A stretch of DNA of 64,000 nt from Phycisphaerae bacterium (GCA_012729395.1 JAAYDF010000161.1:3319-67318); one strand, 5' to 3'. Positions 44,604 to 53,165 are shown, counted from the stretch's first letter. The notes: generated by a model not told the origin, from the sequence alone. Numbers and translations are program-made.

Positions 44604-45542
44604 TCACGCACGGTCGCGGCTCTGCTCCGGCCGCGGCGATGCTTGGGCCGCGCTTAGCAGCTGCCGCACTGTCTGCTCCAGCAGCGGCTGCCCACCGAAG
44701 GTCATGCCCAAAGCCCGCAGTTTGTCTGTCACGATTTCGTTGCGCGGGCCTTGGTTCAGGTTCGAAATCTCGCTCTTGCCGCCGGTCAGATCGCGGGCGA
44801 TGCGAGCGACCTCCTCCTCGGATACGTACCGATCGTAACAGTTGTATGCCTGACCCGCCACGCCGGGCGCTTTCAGCAGGATCCCCACCGCACGGGCGAC
44901 ATCCAAGGCATGCACCTCCTTGCCGCCGCGCGGGCTGTGAACGGGCTGGCCTGCGGCCACACCGCGTATGAGATCGTACCACCGGCTGGCCTCCGCTGGG
45001 CGGGCCAAGCCGTAGATGCCCGTCGGCCGCAGCGCGCAAATCTCCCAGCCGCCGCCCAAGCCGTAGCTGTGCACGAACTTCTCGATTGCCGCCTTGTGGG
45101 CACCATAGTGGCTCGTCGGCCACAGGGGATGGGCCTCGTCCAACGCGCGGTCTTCCAGGATCTTCTCGTGCACCGCACAAGTCGAGATGAAGACGAATCG
45201 CCCGACCTTCGCCCGTCGGGCCGCCTCCATCAGCCGGAGAGTGCCCAGCACATTCCGCTCGGCGAACACCACCAAGTCGCCCTCCGCGCCGCGGAAGCCC
45301 GCCCCCGGCCGATACAATGCCGAATGCACCACCGCGTCCGCGTGCTCCACCAGCCGGTCAGCCGACTCCGCATCGCCAAGATCGCCCGGCACCCACGCCA
45401 AACGCCCCGTCGCATGCTCGTCAAAACCGCCACGATCGCTCGTTTCGCGATACCAACATCTGCACTCATGACCCTCCCCGAGCAGATGGTTCACGATGTA
45501 CCGCCCCAAGAAGCCCGTCGCACCCGTCACCGCGATTCGCAT
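44604..45542 (-). CDS. NAD-dependent epimerase/dehydratase (SDR, extended)
   Basis: Track ORF 44604..45830. The real start is ATG 45542: MRIAVTGATGFLGRYIV (GxxGxxG). The catalytic YGAHKAA (YxxxK) is present. The upstream 96 codons have no family support. Confidence 0.85.
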   Translation of the reverse strand: MRIAVTGATGFLGRYIVNHLLGEGHECRCWYRETSDRGGFDEHATGRLAWVPGDLGDAESADRLVEHADAVVHSALYRPGAGFRGAEGDLVVFAERNVLGTLRLMEAARRAKVGRFVFISTCAVHEKILEDRALDEAHPLWPTSHYGAHKAAIEKFVHSYGLGGGWEICALRPTGIYGLARPAEASRWYDLIRGVAAGQPVHSPRGGKEVHALDVARAVGILLKAPGVAGQAYNCYDRYVSEEEVARIARDLTGGKSEISNLNQGPRNEIVTDKLRALGMTFGGQPLLEQTVRQLLSAAQASPRPEQSRDRA

Positions 45543-46041
45543 GTCGATACACCTCGCGTTATCCGATTGCCTCGCTCGCAAAGCCGCTGGCATTGTACTC
45601 ACGCATCCATCCGGAGTCCGCACAACGCTCGCGACCGCAATCCAATCGCAAATCCGCAACCAGCGCCAGCACCCGCAAGAAGACCGGTATAATATCGAGG
45701 CGTGTTCTTGACACCGGGATTTGAATCGTCCTAGCATGGAATAGCCCGATATGGGCAGAACGTACGGTACGGGCCTTGGGCCGGCGAGCACATCACCTGT
45801 CAACCGCGGGCAGGGATGATTCTCGTCCACGATACGCGAGGCCAGACACGTAGCGTCCGGGAACAGGCCCTTTCTGCCGACGTGAAGGCTATCCGCGCCG
45901 TACAGTGGCTTGACGGCATGGCGGCGCCGGCGCGTCAGAAAGGCATCTCGGCAAAGAAGTGCCTTTCGCCCTTCTTAGGACGCCGGACACGTACGTGGGC
46001 GATATGCGAAACCAGACACGTTCCACAATGGTGGTCCGATT

Positions 46042-46689
46042 ATGTTCACGGGCATTGTACAAGCTACGGGTGTCGTTCGGTCGGTGCGTCAGTACGCGGC
46101 CGGCGCTCGCCTGGTGATCGATGCCCCGGATCTTCGCCGCCCACTCCTCGACGGTGCGAGTGTCTGCGTCAACGGCGCATGCCTCACCGTGGTCCGCAGT
46201 GACGATTCCATCATCGAGTTCGACGTGGTTCCCGAGACGCTCAGCCGCAGCACGCTCGGTGCGCTCGCGACCGGCAACGTGGTCAACCTCGAACCCAGCC
46301 TGCGGGTCGGCGATTCGCTCGACGGCCACATGGTCCAAGGCCACGTGGACGGCACCGCCCGAGTCGCGAGCATCCGTGCAGCCGGCCCGGAGCGGGTATG
46401 GACATTCTCACCCGAGCAGGCCCTGATGCCCTTCATCATCCCCAAGGGGTCGGTCGCCCTCGACGGCGTTTCGCTCACCATCGCCCACGTCGAGCGCGAC
46501 TCCTTCACCGTGGCGCTGATCCCCACCACCCTTGCCCGCACCACGCTCGGCCAGCTCAAGGTCGGCGACCGAGTCAACGTCGAGACGGACATCCTGGCAC
46601 GCACCGTGGTGGCCACGCTCGGCCGTTGGCGCGAGCGAGCAGAAGCCGAACCACTCACCATCGAGGGGCTGCGGGCCGACGGATGGTGA
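46042..46689 (+). CDS. ribE: Riboflavin synthase (alpha chain)
   Basis: 215 aa. MFTGIVQATG.. N-terminus and two lumazine-binding repeats (..VNGACLTVV.., ..LDGVSLTIAHV..). Confidence 0.9.
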   Translation: MFTGIVQATGVVRSVRQYAAGARLVIDAPDLRRPLLDGASVCVNGACLTVVRSDDSIIEFDVVPETLSRSTLGALATGNVVNLEPSLRVGDSLDGHMVQGHVDGTARVASIRAAGPERVWTFSPEQALMPFIIPKGSVALDGVSLTIAHVERDSFTVALIPTTLARTTLGQLKVGDRVNVETDILARTVVATLGRWRERAEAEPLTIEGLRADGW

Positions 46690-46693
46690 CGCC

Positions 46694-47824
46694 ATGAGTA
46701 AACCCACACCCAATTCGTCCGAGCCGCCGGTCGCCAGGCATCAGAACCCTCGGCCATTGGTGGGCATCACCATGGGCGACCCCGCGGGCATCGGGCCCGA
46801 AGTGATCGCCAAGGCCCTGGCCGACCCCCAGATCCGCCGACTGGGGCGATTCATCATCTACGGCCTCAACGAGGTCTTCGAGTACGCCGCCGACCAGGCC
46901 GAACTCAATCCGTATTGGTTCCGCCTGCCCCACGAGTTGGCGACACGGATCCAAACCGGCGTGGTCGTCGCCGATTTCGACGACCTGTCGTTGGGTGTGC
47001 CGCTCCTGCATCAACCCGGACACCGCACCGGCGAAGCCTCGATGCGTTTCCTCAACGCGGCCATCAAGTCCGCTCGCCAGGGATTGCTCGAAGCGATCGT
47101 CACCGGCCCGATCTGCAAGGAAAGCTGGAGCCTCGCCGGCTATCGCTGGCCCGGGCATACCGAAAAACTCGCCAGCGCCTTCGCTTGTCGCCGCGTGACC
47201 ATGATGTTCGTCGCCGATCGATTGCGGGTCGCGCTGGCGAGCATTCACGAGCCGCTCTTTGATTTGCGGAACTCGTTCACCATCGGCCGCGTTTTCCAAC
47301 CCATTGACCTGATGGGCGATGCCCTCATCCACTGGTTCGGCATCCCCCGTCCGCGCATCGCCGTCTGCGGTCTCAACCCTCACGCCAGCGAAAACGGCAT
47401 GTTCGGCGACGAGGAACGACGCATCATCGAGCCGGCCATCGTCATGGCTCGCGAGGCCGGTTGGGACGCACAGGGCCCATTCCCCGCCGACACCGTCTTC
47501 TGGCGAGCCAGCAAGGGCCACTTCGACGGCGTCGTGGCCATGTACCACGATCAAGGCCTCATCCCCGTCAAGTTGCTCGCCTTTGAGAGCGCCTGCCAGA
47601 TCACCCTCGGGCTCCCCGTCATCCGCTCCAGCGTCGATCACGGAACGGCGTTCGACATCGCCGGCCAGGATAAGGCCAATCCTGAAAGTATGAAGACCGC
47701 GATCCGCCTGGCATGCGAACTCGCCCTGCACAACCGCAATCGGCCGGCCATCCACGAGCATCCCCCCGCCCAGGATCCCACCGAGCCCCTTACAACCTCC
47801 ATCGAGTCCGCGGACGACGAGTAG
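46694..47824 (+). CDS. pdxA: 4-hydroxythreonine-4-phosphate dehydrogenase
   Basis: Track ORF 46532..47824 overlaps ribE. In-frame ATG 46694 (MSKPTPNS..) lies 4 nt after the ribE stop. Motifs ..GITMGDPAGIGPEV.., ..GLNPHASENG.. and ..HGTAFDIAG... Confidence 0.85.
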   Translation: MSKPTPNSSEPPVARHQNPRPLVGITMGDPAGIGPEVIAKALADPQIRRLGRFIIYGLNEVFEYAADQAELNPYWFRLPHELATRIQTGVVVADFDDLSLGVPLLHQPGHRTGEASMRFLNAAIKSARQGLLEAIVTGPICKESWSLAGYRWPGHTEKLASAFACRRVTMMFVADRLRVALASIHEPLFDLRNSFTIGRVFQPIDLMGDALIHWFGIPRPRIAVCGLNPHASENGMFGDEERRIIEPAIVMAREAGWDAQGPFPADTVFWRASKGHFDGVVAMYHDQGLIPVKLLAFESACQITLGLPVIRSSVDHGTAFDIAGQDKANPESMKTAIRLACELALHNRNRPAIHEHPPAQDPTEPLTTSIESADDE

Positions 47825-47836
47825 GCCGGATTATTC

Positions 47837-47958
47837 ATCGAAACCACAGATAAACACTGATGAAGGAATGCGATATCGATCATAGAACTTCCTGATTCCT
47901 CTTTGTGCCGTGTTTGACGCCGATTCCTTTCTTCATCCGTGTTCATCTGTGGTTTGAT
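47837..47958. repeat. AT-richer long inverted repeat (hairpin element) between convergent genes
   Basis: The cores aaaccacagataaacactgatgaag (47841..47865) and cttcatccgtgttcatctgtggttt (47931..47955) are complementary at 23/25 positions. The 65-nt loop is visibly AT-richer than its surroundings. It lies 13 nt after the pdxA stop. Confidence 0.8.
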
Positions 47959-48131
47959 TTCAATCGTGAATAGCCCGGGATAGGGCTCGCCCCCCTGGTC
48001 CGCCGGCCAACTCGCGACCGCGAAGCCCCCCCGTATAGCACGATCTGACGTGGGTCACCCCCGGACGGCAGCAGCGGTTTCCCCACGGCTTGGCCGCTTC
48101 GCGGGACCTTCTCAGACAACAGGAGAAACGC

Positions 48132-49466
48132 CTACTTGCTCACTTGCGGATTGGCGCGCTGAACCACGTCGCCCACCAGGAGAATACGATTCTTGCCAGC
48201 CCTCTTGGCTTCAAGCAAGGCCTCGTCGGCCCGCTCGAGCAGGCCCGAATAGTCGGCGGCATCCCAAGGAAACGTAGCCAGACCGCCGCTGATGGTAATG
48301 CTCCCGGTCGCCTCGGGACCCAGCTTGGGAAAAGCGTGGGATTGCAGCGCCTGCTTCACCCGTCGCAGTACCGCCAGCACATCGGTCGGGTGTCTGGAAC
48401 CAGCGATCCGCGGCTCGTCGGCGTCCCAGAAAACCACCACGAACTCATCCCCCCCGTACCGGGCCACGATGTCGTGTTGCCGACAGTGTACACGGAACAA
48501 CTGCCCCGTCTCATACAGAATCTGGTCACCCGCCGCATGACCGTACGTATCGTTGAAGTGCTTGAACCCGTCAAGGTCAAAAAGGAGCACGGTCACGCTG
48601 AACCGCTGTTGGGCGGCCCGCTGCAAGAGGTGATCCAAGGCCTGTTGCAGGTACCTGCGGTTGGGAAGGCCGGTGACTTCGTCCGTCATGGCCAGCGTAT
48701 GCCACTGGCAGTGCTGGTCTGCGGCCTTGAGCAGATGAGCGATCATCTGCCCACAGTGCCGCAGCTTCTGTGCATCTGTGGGAGTGAAGGGCCCCTTCTG
48801 CCTCGCCCCCACAAAGATCTCCCCCAGAGCCTCATCCCCGGCGCAAATCGTCTCCGCCAACGTGGGCTCCATGCCCGGATCGCCCACGCAGGCAACCTCA
48901 TCACCCGCCACCATCCGCACATGAGCCGTGCGCATGGCATCAGCCACCCACCGACAAAGGCGGTCCAGCATCACCGAGCGGCCGTCCGCCAAGCCGGCCA
49001 TCACCTGGGCCAGGCCCGTCAGTTCATCCCATGTCGCAGCCGCCGAGTCGGTCCCGCGATCGGCGACACCTGTCATCGCGGCCGTCGCCAGCCCCAGGGC
49101 CCGATCCAGCTCATCGCCTTGCGGCGGGTAAATGAGGTAATCGTTGGCCCCCGCAGCCATGCTGCCCCGAGCGGCAGGCTCTCCACTGGGCCGGCAACAC
49201 AGAACGATGCGCGGCCGCTCCCCTGCCGCCTTGCGAAGACCTGCGACGGCTTGGTTAAGCTTGCGGGCATTGGGATCCACACCAACCAGCAAACCGCGAG
49301 CCGGCTGGTTGGCTAATGCCGCGATCCCCGCCAAGTAAGTCGGCGTCGCGAGCACGTCGAATTGAGGGTATCGGCCCCGAACCATCGCCGCCAGCCGCCC
49401 GGGATCACAGACTACCAGGAGCTGATCCCGGCCGACCATCGACCATGATGCGTTCGGCAGCCTCAT
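48132..49466 (-). CDS. Diguanylate cyclase (GGDEF) with an N-terminal receiver-like domain and a central sensor region
   Basis: 444 aa. ..VLLFDLDGFKHFNDTYGHAAGD.., RYGGDEFVV with the RxxD I-site (RQHD) 5 residues upstream. The N-terminus ..LLVVCDP..LLVGVDPN..GANDYLIYP looks like a degenerate receiver. The start ATG overlaps the upstream stop (ATGA at 49463-49466). Confidence 0.85.
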   Translation of the reverse strand: MRLPNASWSMVGRDQLLVVCDPGRLAAMVRGRYPQFDVLATPTYLAGIAALANQPARGLLVGVDPNARKLNQAVAGLRKAAGERPRIVLCCRPSGEPAARGSMAAGANDYLIYPPQGDELDRALGLATAAMTGVADRGTDSAAATWDELTGLAQVMAGLADGRSVMLDRLCRWVADAMRTAHVRMVAGDEVACVGDPGMEPTLAETICAGDEALGEIFVGARQKGPFTPTDAQKLRHCGQMIAHLLKAADQHCQWHTLAMTDEVTGLPNRRYLQQALDHLLQRAAQQRFSVTVLLFDLDGFKHFNDTYGHAAGDQILYETGQLFRVHCRQHDIVARYGGDEFVVVFWDADEPRIAGSRHPTDVLAVLRRVKQALQSHAFPKLGPEATGSITISGGLATFPWDAADYSGLLERADEALLEAKRAGKNRILLVGDVVQRANPQVSK

Positions 49467-50428
49467 GCTCGCGGCTCTCCCTGCACGCCTGTCGGCGGCA
49501 GCGGCTTGCCTACCAATGCGGCCAGCTCCTCCGGCGTCAACTCGACCGGCGGAACAGGCCGGGAACCCGCGGAACCAGCCTCCGCACGTCCCGAGACCAG
49601 CCCCCGCCCCGCCGCTTGAGCCCCGTCGGGCTCTTTCGACGGCTCAACTCTCGCCGAAGGCGGGATACGCTTCGGGCGGTTCGCACTCGGTGCCCAGGGA
49701 AATGGAATGGGCGATGATGCCTGCTCACCTGAGGCCGCTTCTTCATCGGCCTCTCCCTGCGACACAAGCCGGACCACCGGCCGATCCTCCTCCTCGCGAT
49801 CCTCCTCCCCGGAAAGCACAGAGTCGGCCATCAGCGCGGGGGCGTCCGCCTCCTCGTCCTGATCATCGGGCGCGACAGGTGGACGCTCCGGCACTGGCCG
49901 ACCTAACCAGACACCTCGCGCCGACCGGCCCGCCACCACCGTAGAGTCGCCCGTCCCCGTAGACCGCCCCCCTGCCGCCACCCGCAGAGCAGCCGGAGAC
50001 TCAGCGTGTACCGCCTCCAACGCACCCGCCAACAGATCGCGCGTTGTCACACGACGCGAAGCGGACATCGCTTGCCGGAGGTCCCCCTCCAGCGCCTCAG
50101 CGTCGAACAGCCGAGCACCACGTGTCAACGCCGCCTCGGTCTTGGCCCGCAGATGCTCGCCACCGATAACGTAGATCGGCGTGCTACGAGATATGCGCGC
50201 CGCGTAGTCGAAGAAATCCAGTTCATCCCAATCAACGGATTCCATACTCACAAGCAGAGCCATCGGCCGACGACGAGCGCTGAGCATGGCCAGGGCCTCG
50301 TAGACGCCCGCAGCCGCCACCGCCGGATGCTCAGGACGGCTCAGCCATTCCTGTACATCGTCCGGCAACTCGCGTGCCGATCCCGCGACGTAAATAATGC
50401 GGGCTCCGCGCTGCTTGCCTAAGGGCAT
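49463..50428 (-). CDS. Hypothetical protein with a receiver-like (pseudo-receiver) N-terminal domain and a disordered Pro/Glu/Ala-rich C-terminus
   Basis: Track ORF 49463..50596. ATG 50428 is preceded by ggagagga (MPLGKQRGARIIYVAGSAREL..). ..MALLVSMESVDWDELDFF..PIYVIGGE.. resembles the CheY fold without a clear acceptor-Asp context. Confidence 0.6.
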   Translation of the reverse strand: MPLGKQRGARIIYVAGSARELPDDVQEWLSRPEHPAVAAAGVYEALAMLSARRRPMALLVSMESVDWDELDFFDYAARISRSTPIYVIGGEHLRAKTEAALTRGARLFDAEALEGDLRQAMSASRRVTTRDLLAGALEAVHAESPAALRVAAGGRSTGTGDSTVVAGRSARGVWLGRPVPERPPVAPDDQDEEADAPALMADSVLSGEEDREEEDRPVVRLVSQGEADEEAASGEQASSPIPFPWAPSANRPKRIPPSARVEPSKEPDGAQAAGRGLVSGRAEAGSAGSRPVPPVELTPEELAALVGKPLPPTGVQGEPRA

Positions 50429-50748
50429 GCCCAGGGTCCTCTCCTGCGTTTGCGAAATGAAGCCTGTCCTGCTAATAAGTGTACCCAAAGCCGCACGAAG
50501 GGTCAATCGCGAAAGGGTCTCCGGAACAACCGTGGGGGCACGGCGACCTGAAGCGCCGGCTGGATGTCCCAGTCTCTTGGGGCCGGCCGCAGACACAGAC
50601 CCACCCGGATCGGGCCTGTGCGAAAACCAGTGGGGCGAAAGCCGAGTGGATCAACCGCCCCGCGGCCTTCACAGGCGCCGCAGCACACGCTTCAGATGCT
50701 GTGCGGCAGAAACTGAACCCTTCCCCACGGTAGCAAAGGAGTACCTGC

Positions 50749-52368
50749 ATGGATGCTGGCTGGACAGGAGCCCATCGAAACAACAGGCAGTCGCGAACGC
50801 ATCGCCTGGCAAGAATCCTCCCCACAGGGTGCCATCCGGCCACAGGCTCCCGCAGTGGGCGTATCCGATTCCTAGGCGGCCTGCTGCTCGCCCTCGGGCT
50901 CGCGCCGATGGGCGCCGCCGTTGCCGAGACTTCCCTGCACGCCACCCTTGCCGAGCAAATCGCCAAGCTCGCCGGCGATCCCAAGCTGGCCAGTATGCGA
51001 ATCGGCATCCGGGTCGAGACGCTCGGGCCCAGTCCCGTCGTCATCTACGAGCAGGCCAGCGACCAACTCTTCAAGCCTGCCAGCAACCAGAAGATCCTGA
51101 CCACCGCGACGGGCCTGTGTACACTCCCCGCCGACTTCAAATATGAGACCATCCTCGCCCGTCGCGGCAACGACTTGGTCATCATCGGCTCCGGCGACCC
51201 CTCCACGGGCGATCCTCGCTTGGCCCGCCAAGCCGACCGGCCAACCGACGCCATCTTCCACGAGTGGGCCACACGTCTGAAAGCCGGCGGCGTCACCCGC
51301 ATCGCCGGGGACTTGGTCTACGACGACCACGCCCTCGACCTCGAACACGTCCACCCCAACTGGCCCTCCCAGTTCAACATGCAGTCGTGGTATACAGCCC
51401 CCGTCGGTGGACTCAACTACTATGACAACTGCGTTGACTTGGTCATTACTCCCGGCAAACAACCCGGCCAGGCCGTCTCCGTCACTGTCATCCCCGATGT
51501 CGCTTGGATCCGCCTCGACAACAAGGCCAAAACCGCCGCGAAGGGAGAACCCGTCATCAAGCGCAAAGGCTCCGGCCCGCTCACCGTCAGCGTCGAGGGC
51601 TCCGTCTCGCGCCCGAGCACCGCGGCCAGCCCGTTCTCCATGGCCATCACCGATCCCGGAGCGTTCTTCGCCAGCGCCTGCCGTGCGTCCCTCACCGGCC
51701 AAGGCATCCAAATCGCCGGCCACGATCGACGCGAGCAGGTGCGCATCCCGGGCCAGCCCCTACCGCCCAACCTCCAGGTTGTTGCCGTCCATGAATCCCC
51801 CTTGCCCGAGTTCCTGTGGCGGATCAACAAGAGCAGCATGAACATGTTCGCCGAGGCCATGCTGAAAACCGTCGGCGCGTACACCGGCCCGGGCAACACG
51901 CTGCGGCAAGGCACGCTCGAGAACGGCCGGGCCGCCATGAACCACTTCCTTGCGTCCCTGGGCTTGCCCGAGAATCTCTACGCCATCGATGACGGCTCCG
52001 GACTGAGCCACAACAACCGCGTCGCCCCCGTGGTCCTGACAACCGTCCTCCAGCACATGGATCGCCACCCGCGACGCGAGCTGTGGTGGGCCAACCTGGC
52101 AACGCCTGGCGAGAACGGCGGGACGCTCTCCCAACGCATGAAGGACATCGAGGGCAAGGTCTTTGGCAAAACCGGCTACATCGGCGGCGTCGCCTCCCTC
52201 AGCGGGTACGTCCTCGGGCCTGACGGGCAACGCTACACCTTCAGTATCCTCTGCAATGATACCCAGAAGATACCCAACGGAGCCACCGCCGCTCGCGGAC
52301 TGCAGGATGCCATCTGTCGCACACTAGCCACCAACGGTCAGCGAGCGACAACCACCGCCGACCCGTGA
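50749..52368 (+). CDS. dacB: D-alanyl-D-alanine carboxypeptidase/endopeptidase (PBP4, peptidase S13)
   Basis: 539 aa. SxxK (ASNQK), SxN (SGLSHNN) and KTG (FGKTGYI) motifs with PBP4 spacing. Signal-like ..FLGGLLLALGLAPMGAAVA. The start is uncertain. Confidence 0.85.
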   Translation: MDAGWTGAHRNNRQSRTHRLARILPTGCHPATGSRSGRIRFLGGLLLALGLAPMGAAVAETSLHATLAEQIAKLAGDPKLASMRIGIRVETLGPSPVVIYEQASDQLFKPASNQKILTTATGLCTLPADFKYETILARRGNDLVIIGSGDPSTGDPRLARQADRPTDAIFHEWATRLKAGGVTRIAGDLVYDDHALDLEHVHPNWPSQFNMQSWYTAPVGGLNYYDNCVDLVITPGKQPGQAVSVTVIPDVAWIRLDNKAKTAAKGEPVIKRKGSGPLTVSVEGSVSRPSTAASPFSMAITDPGAFFASACRASLTGQGIQIAGHDRREQVRIPGQPLPPNLQVVAVHESPLPEFLWRINKSSMNMFAEAMLKTVGAYTGPGNTLRQGTLENGRAAMNHFLASLGLPENLYAIDDGSGLSHNNRVAPVVLTTVLQHMDRHPRRELWWANLATPGENGGTLSQRMKDIEGKVFGKTGYIGGVASLSGYVLGPDGQRYTFSILCNDTQKIPNGATAARGLQDAICRTLATNGQRATTTADP

Positions 52369-52386
52369 CCCACTGTCGCCCTGTAC

Positions 52387-52459
52387 ACCGAGTCAACCCG
52401 CCGACTGGACCAGGACCAAGTCAACTTGTTGACGCAAGAGGACCGAGTCAACTTGTTGA
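52387..52459. promoter_or_regulatory. Phased repeats containing the palindrome GTCAACttGTTGAC (candidate operator sites)
   Basis: gaccaagtcaacttgttga (52414..52432) and gaccgagtcaacttgttga (52441..52459) are 27 bp apart. A third half-copy, caccgagtcaacc, lies at 52387..52399 (54 bp from copy 2). The perfect 6-2-6 palindrome is at 52420..52433. Confidence 0.5.
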
Positions 52460-52778
52460 TGGCGTGGCGGAGCACTTCTCGCACCAAGCCGGTACCATAC
52501 TCTGATGCTCCAGCCTACCCACCACACGGCAGGGCAAGCCGATTCACGGGGCAGACTGACATCTCCGCCGGCCGATGACGCGCGGAATCGCTTGACAGAC
52601 TGTGGCAGATTGCTACTCTACCGGTGAGTGTAGCGGTGGACATCGGACCGGCGCGGTTCCGAGCTGCCTGTGAGCTCTGCTATATGTTCGCGGTCTGGGT
52701 CTTCGACATGACTGTCATGCACGAACCTCAGGTTGTGTTCGTGCATAGTGTTTGTGTGTCCAATCGAAAGGAAATGGC

Positions 52779-52919
52779 ATGCGTAAGGTAGCAATCGGTC
52801 TGGCGTTGGCTGTGCTGGCGTTCAACAGTGGCTGCTCGTTCATCGGCGACTGGCTCGGCGTTGACTGGTGCCCGGTCTGGACGCCCATCAAAGCCATCTT
52901 CGGCGGCCTCGCCGGCTGA
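52779..52919 (+). CDS. Small (46 aa) putative lipoprotein, absent from the ORF track
   Basis: ATG 52779 is preceded by gaaagga. It encodes MRKVAIGLALAVLAFNSGCSFIGDWLGVDWCPVWTPIKAIFGGLAG*, a textbook signal peptide plus lipobox (LAFNSGC). The track omits it because it is shorter than 60 aa. Confidence 0.45.
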   Translation: MRKVAIGLALAVLAFNSGCSFIGDWLGVDWCPVWTPIKAIFGGLAG

Positions 52920-53165
52920 AAGCCAGCGTGACCGGTTTCTTCGCTCCGGTAGACCATTTGTAGTGGTTAACCGTTGCGGAGCCAATCAGGCCAAGCCGCG
53001 GGCTCGATTCAGTAAAGCCTGGATGAGAGGGCACCAGCCTTCTCCTCGTATGGCCGTTTGCGGAATCCGAGCCTGCGGCTTTCGCTTTGCGCACGGTTCG
53101 CAGCGTCTCGGTTCGCCGATGACCACCTCAACCCGCGTGCCCTGCCGAGGTGGCCGTTCGCGCCT

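Noticed and set aside
45831-46041. Possible FMN riboswitch upstream of ribE
   Set aside because: I looked for the conserved RFN-element strings (GGGCAGGGTGAAATTCC.. and ..CCGACAGT..AGTCTGGATG..) and found none. Only an unrelated 8-bp hairpin is present. A covariance-model scan (Rfam RF00050) would be decisive.
46532-46693. N-terminal extension of the pdxA ORF overlapping ribE by 158 bp
   Set aside because: The extension has no PdxA similarity. In-frame ATG 46694 lies 4 nt after the ribE stop and precedes the conserved GITMGDPAGIGPE N-terminus by a normal distance.
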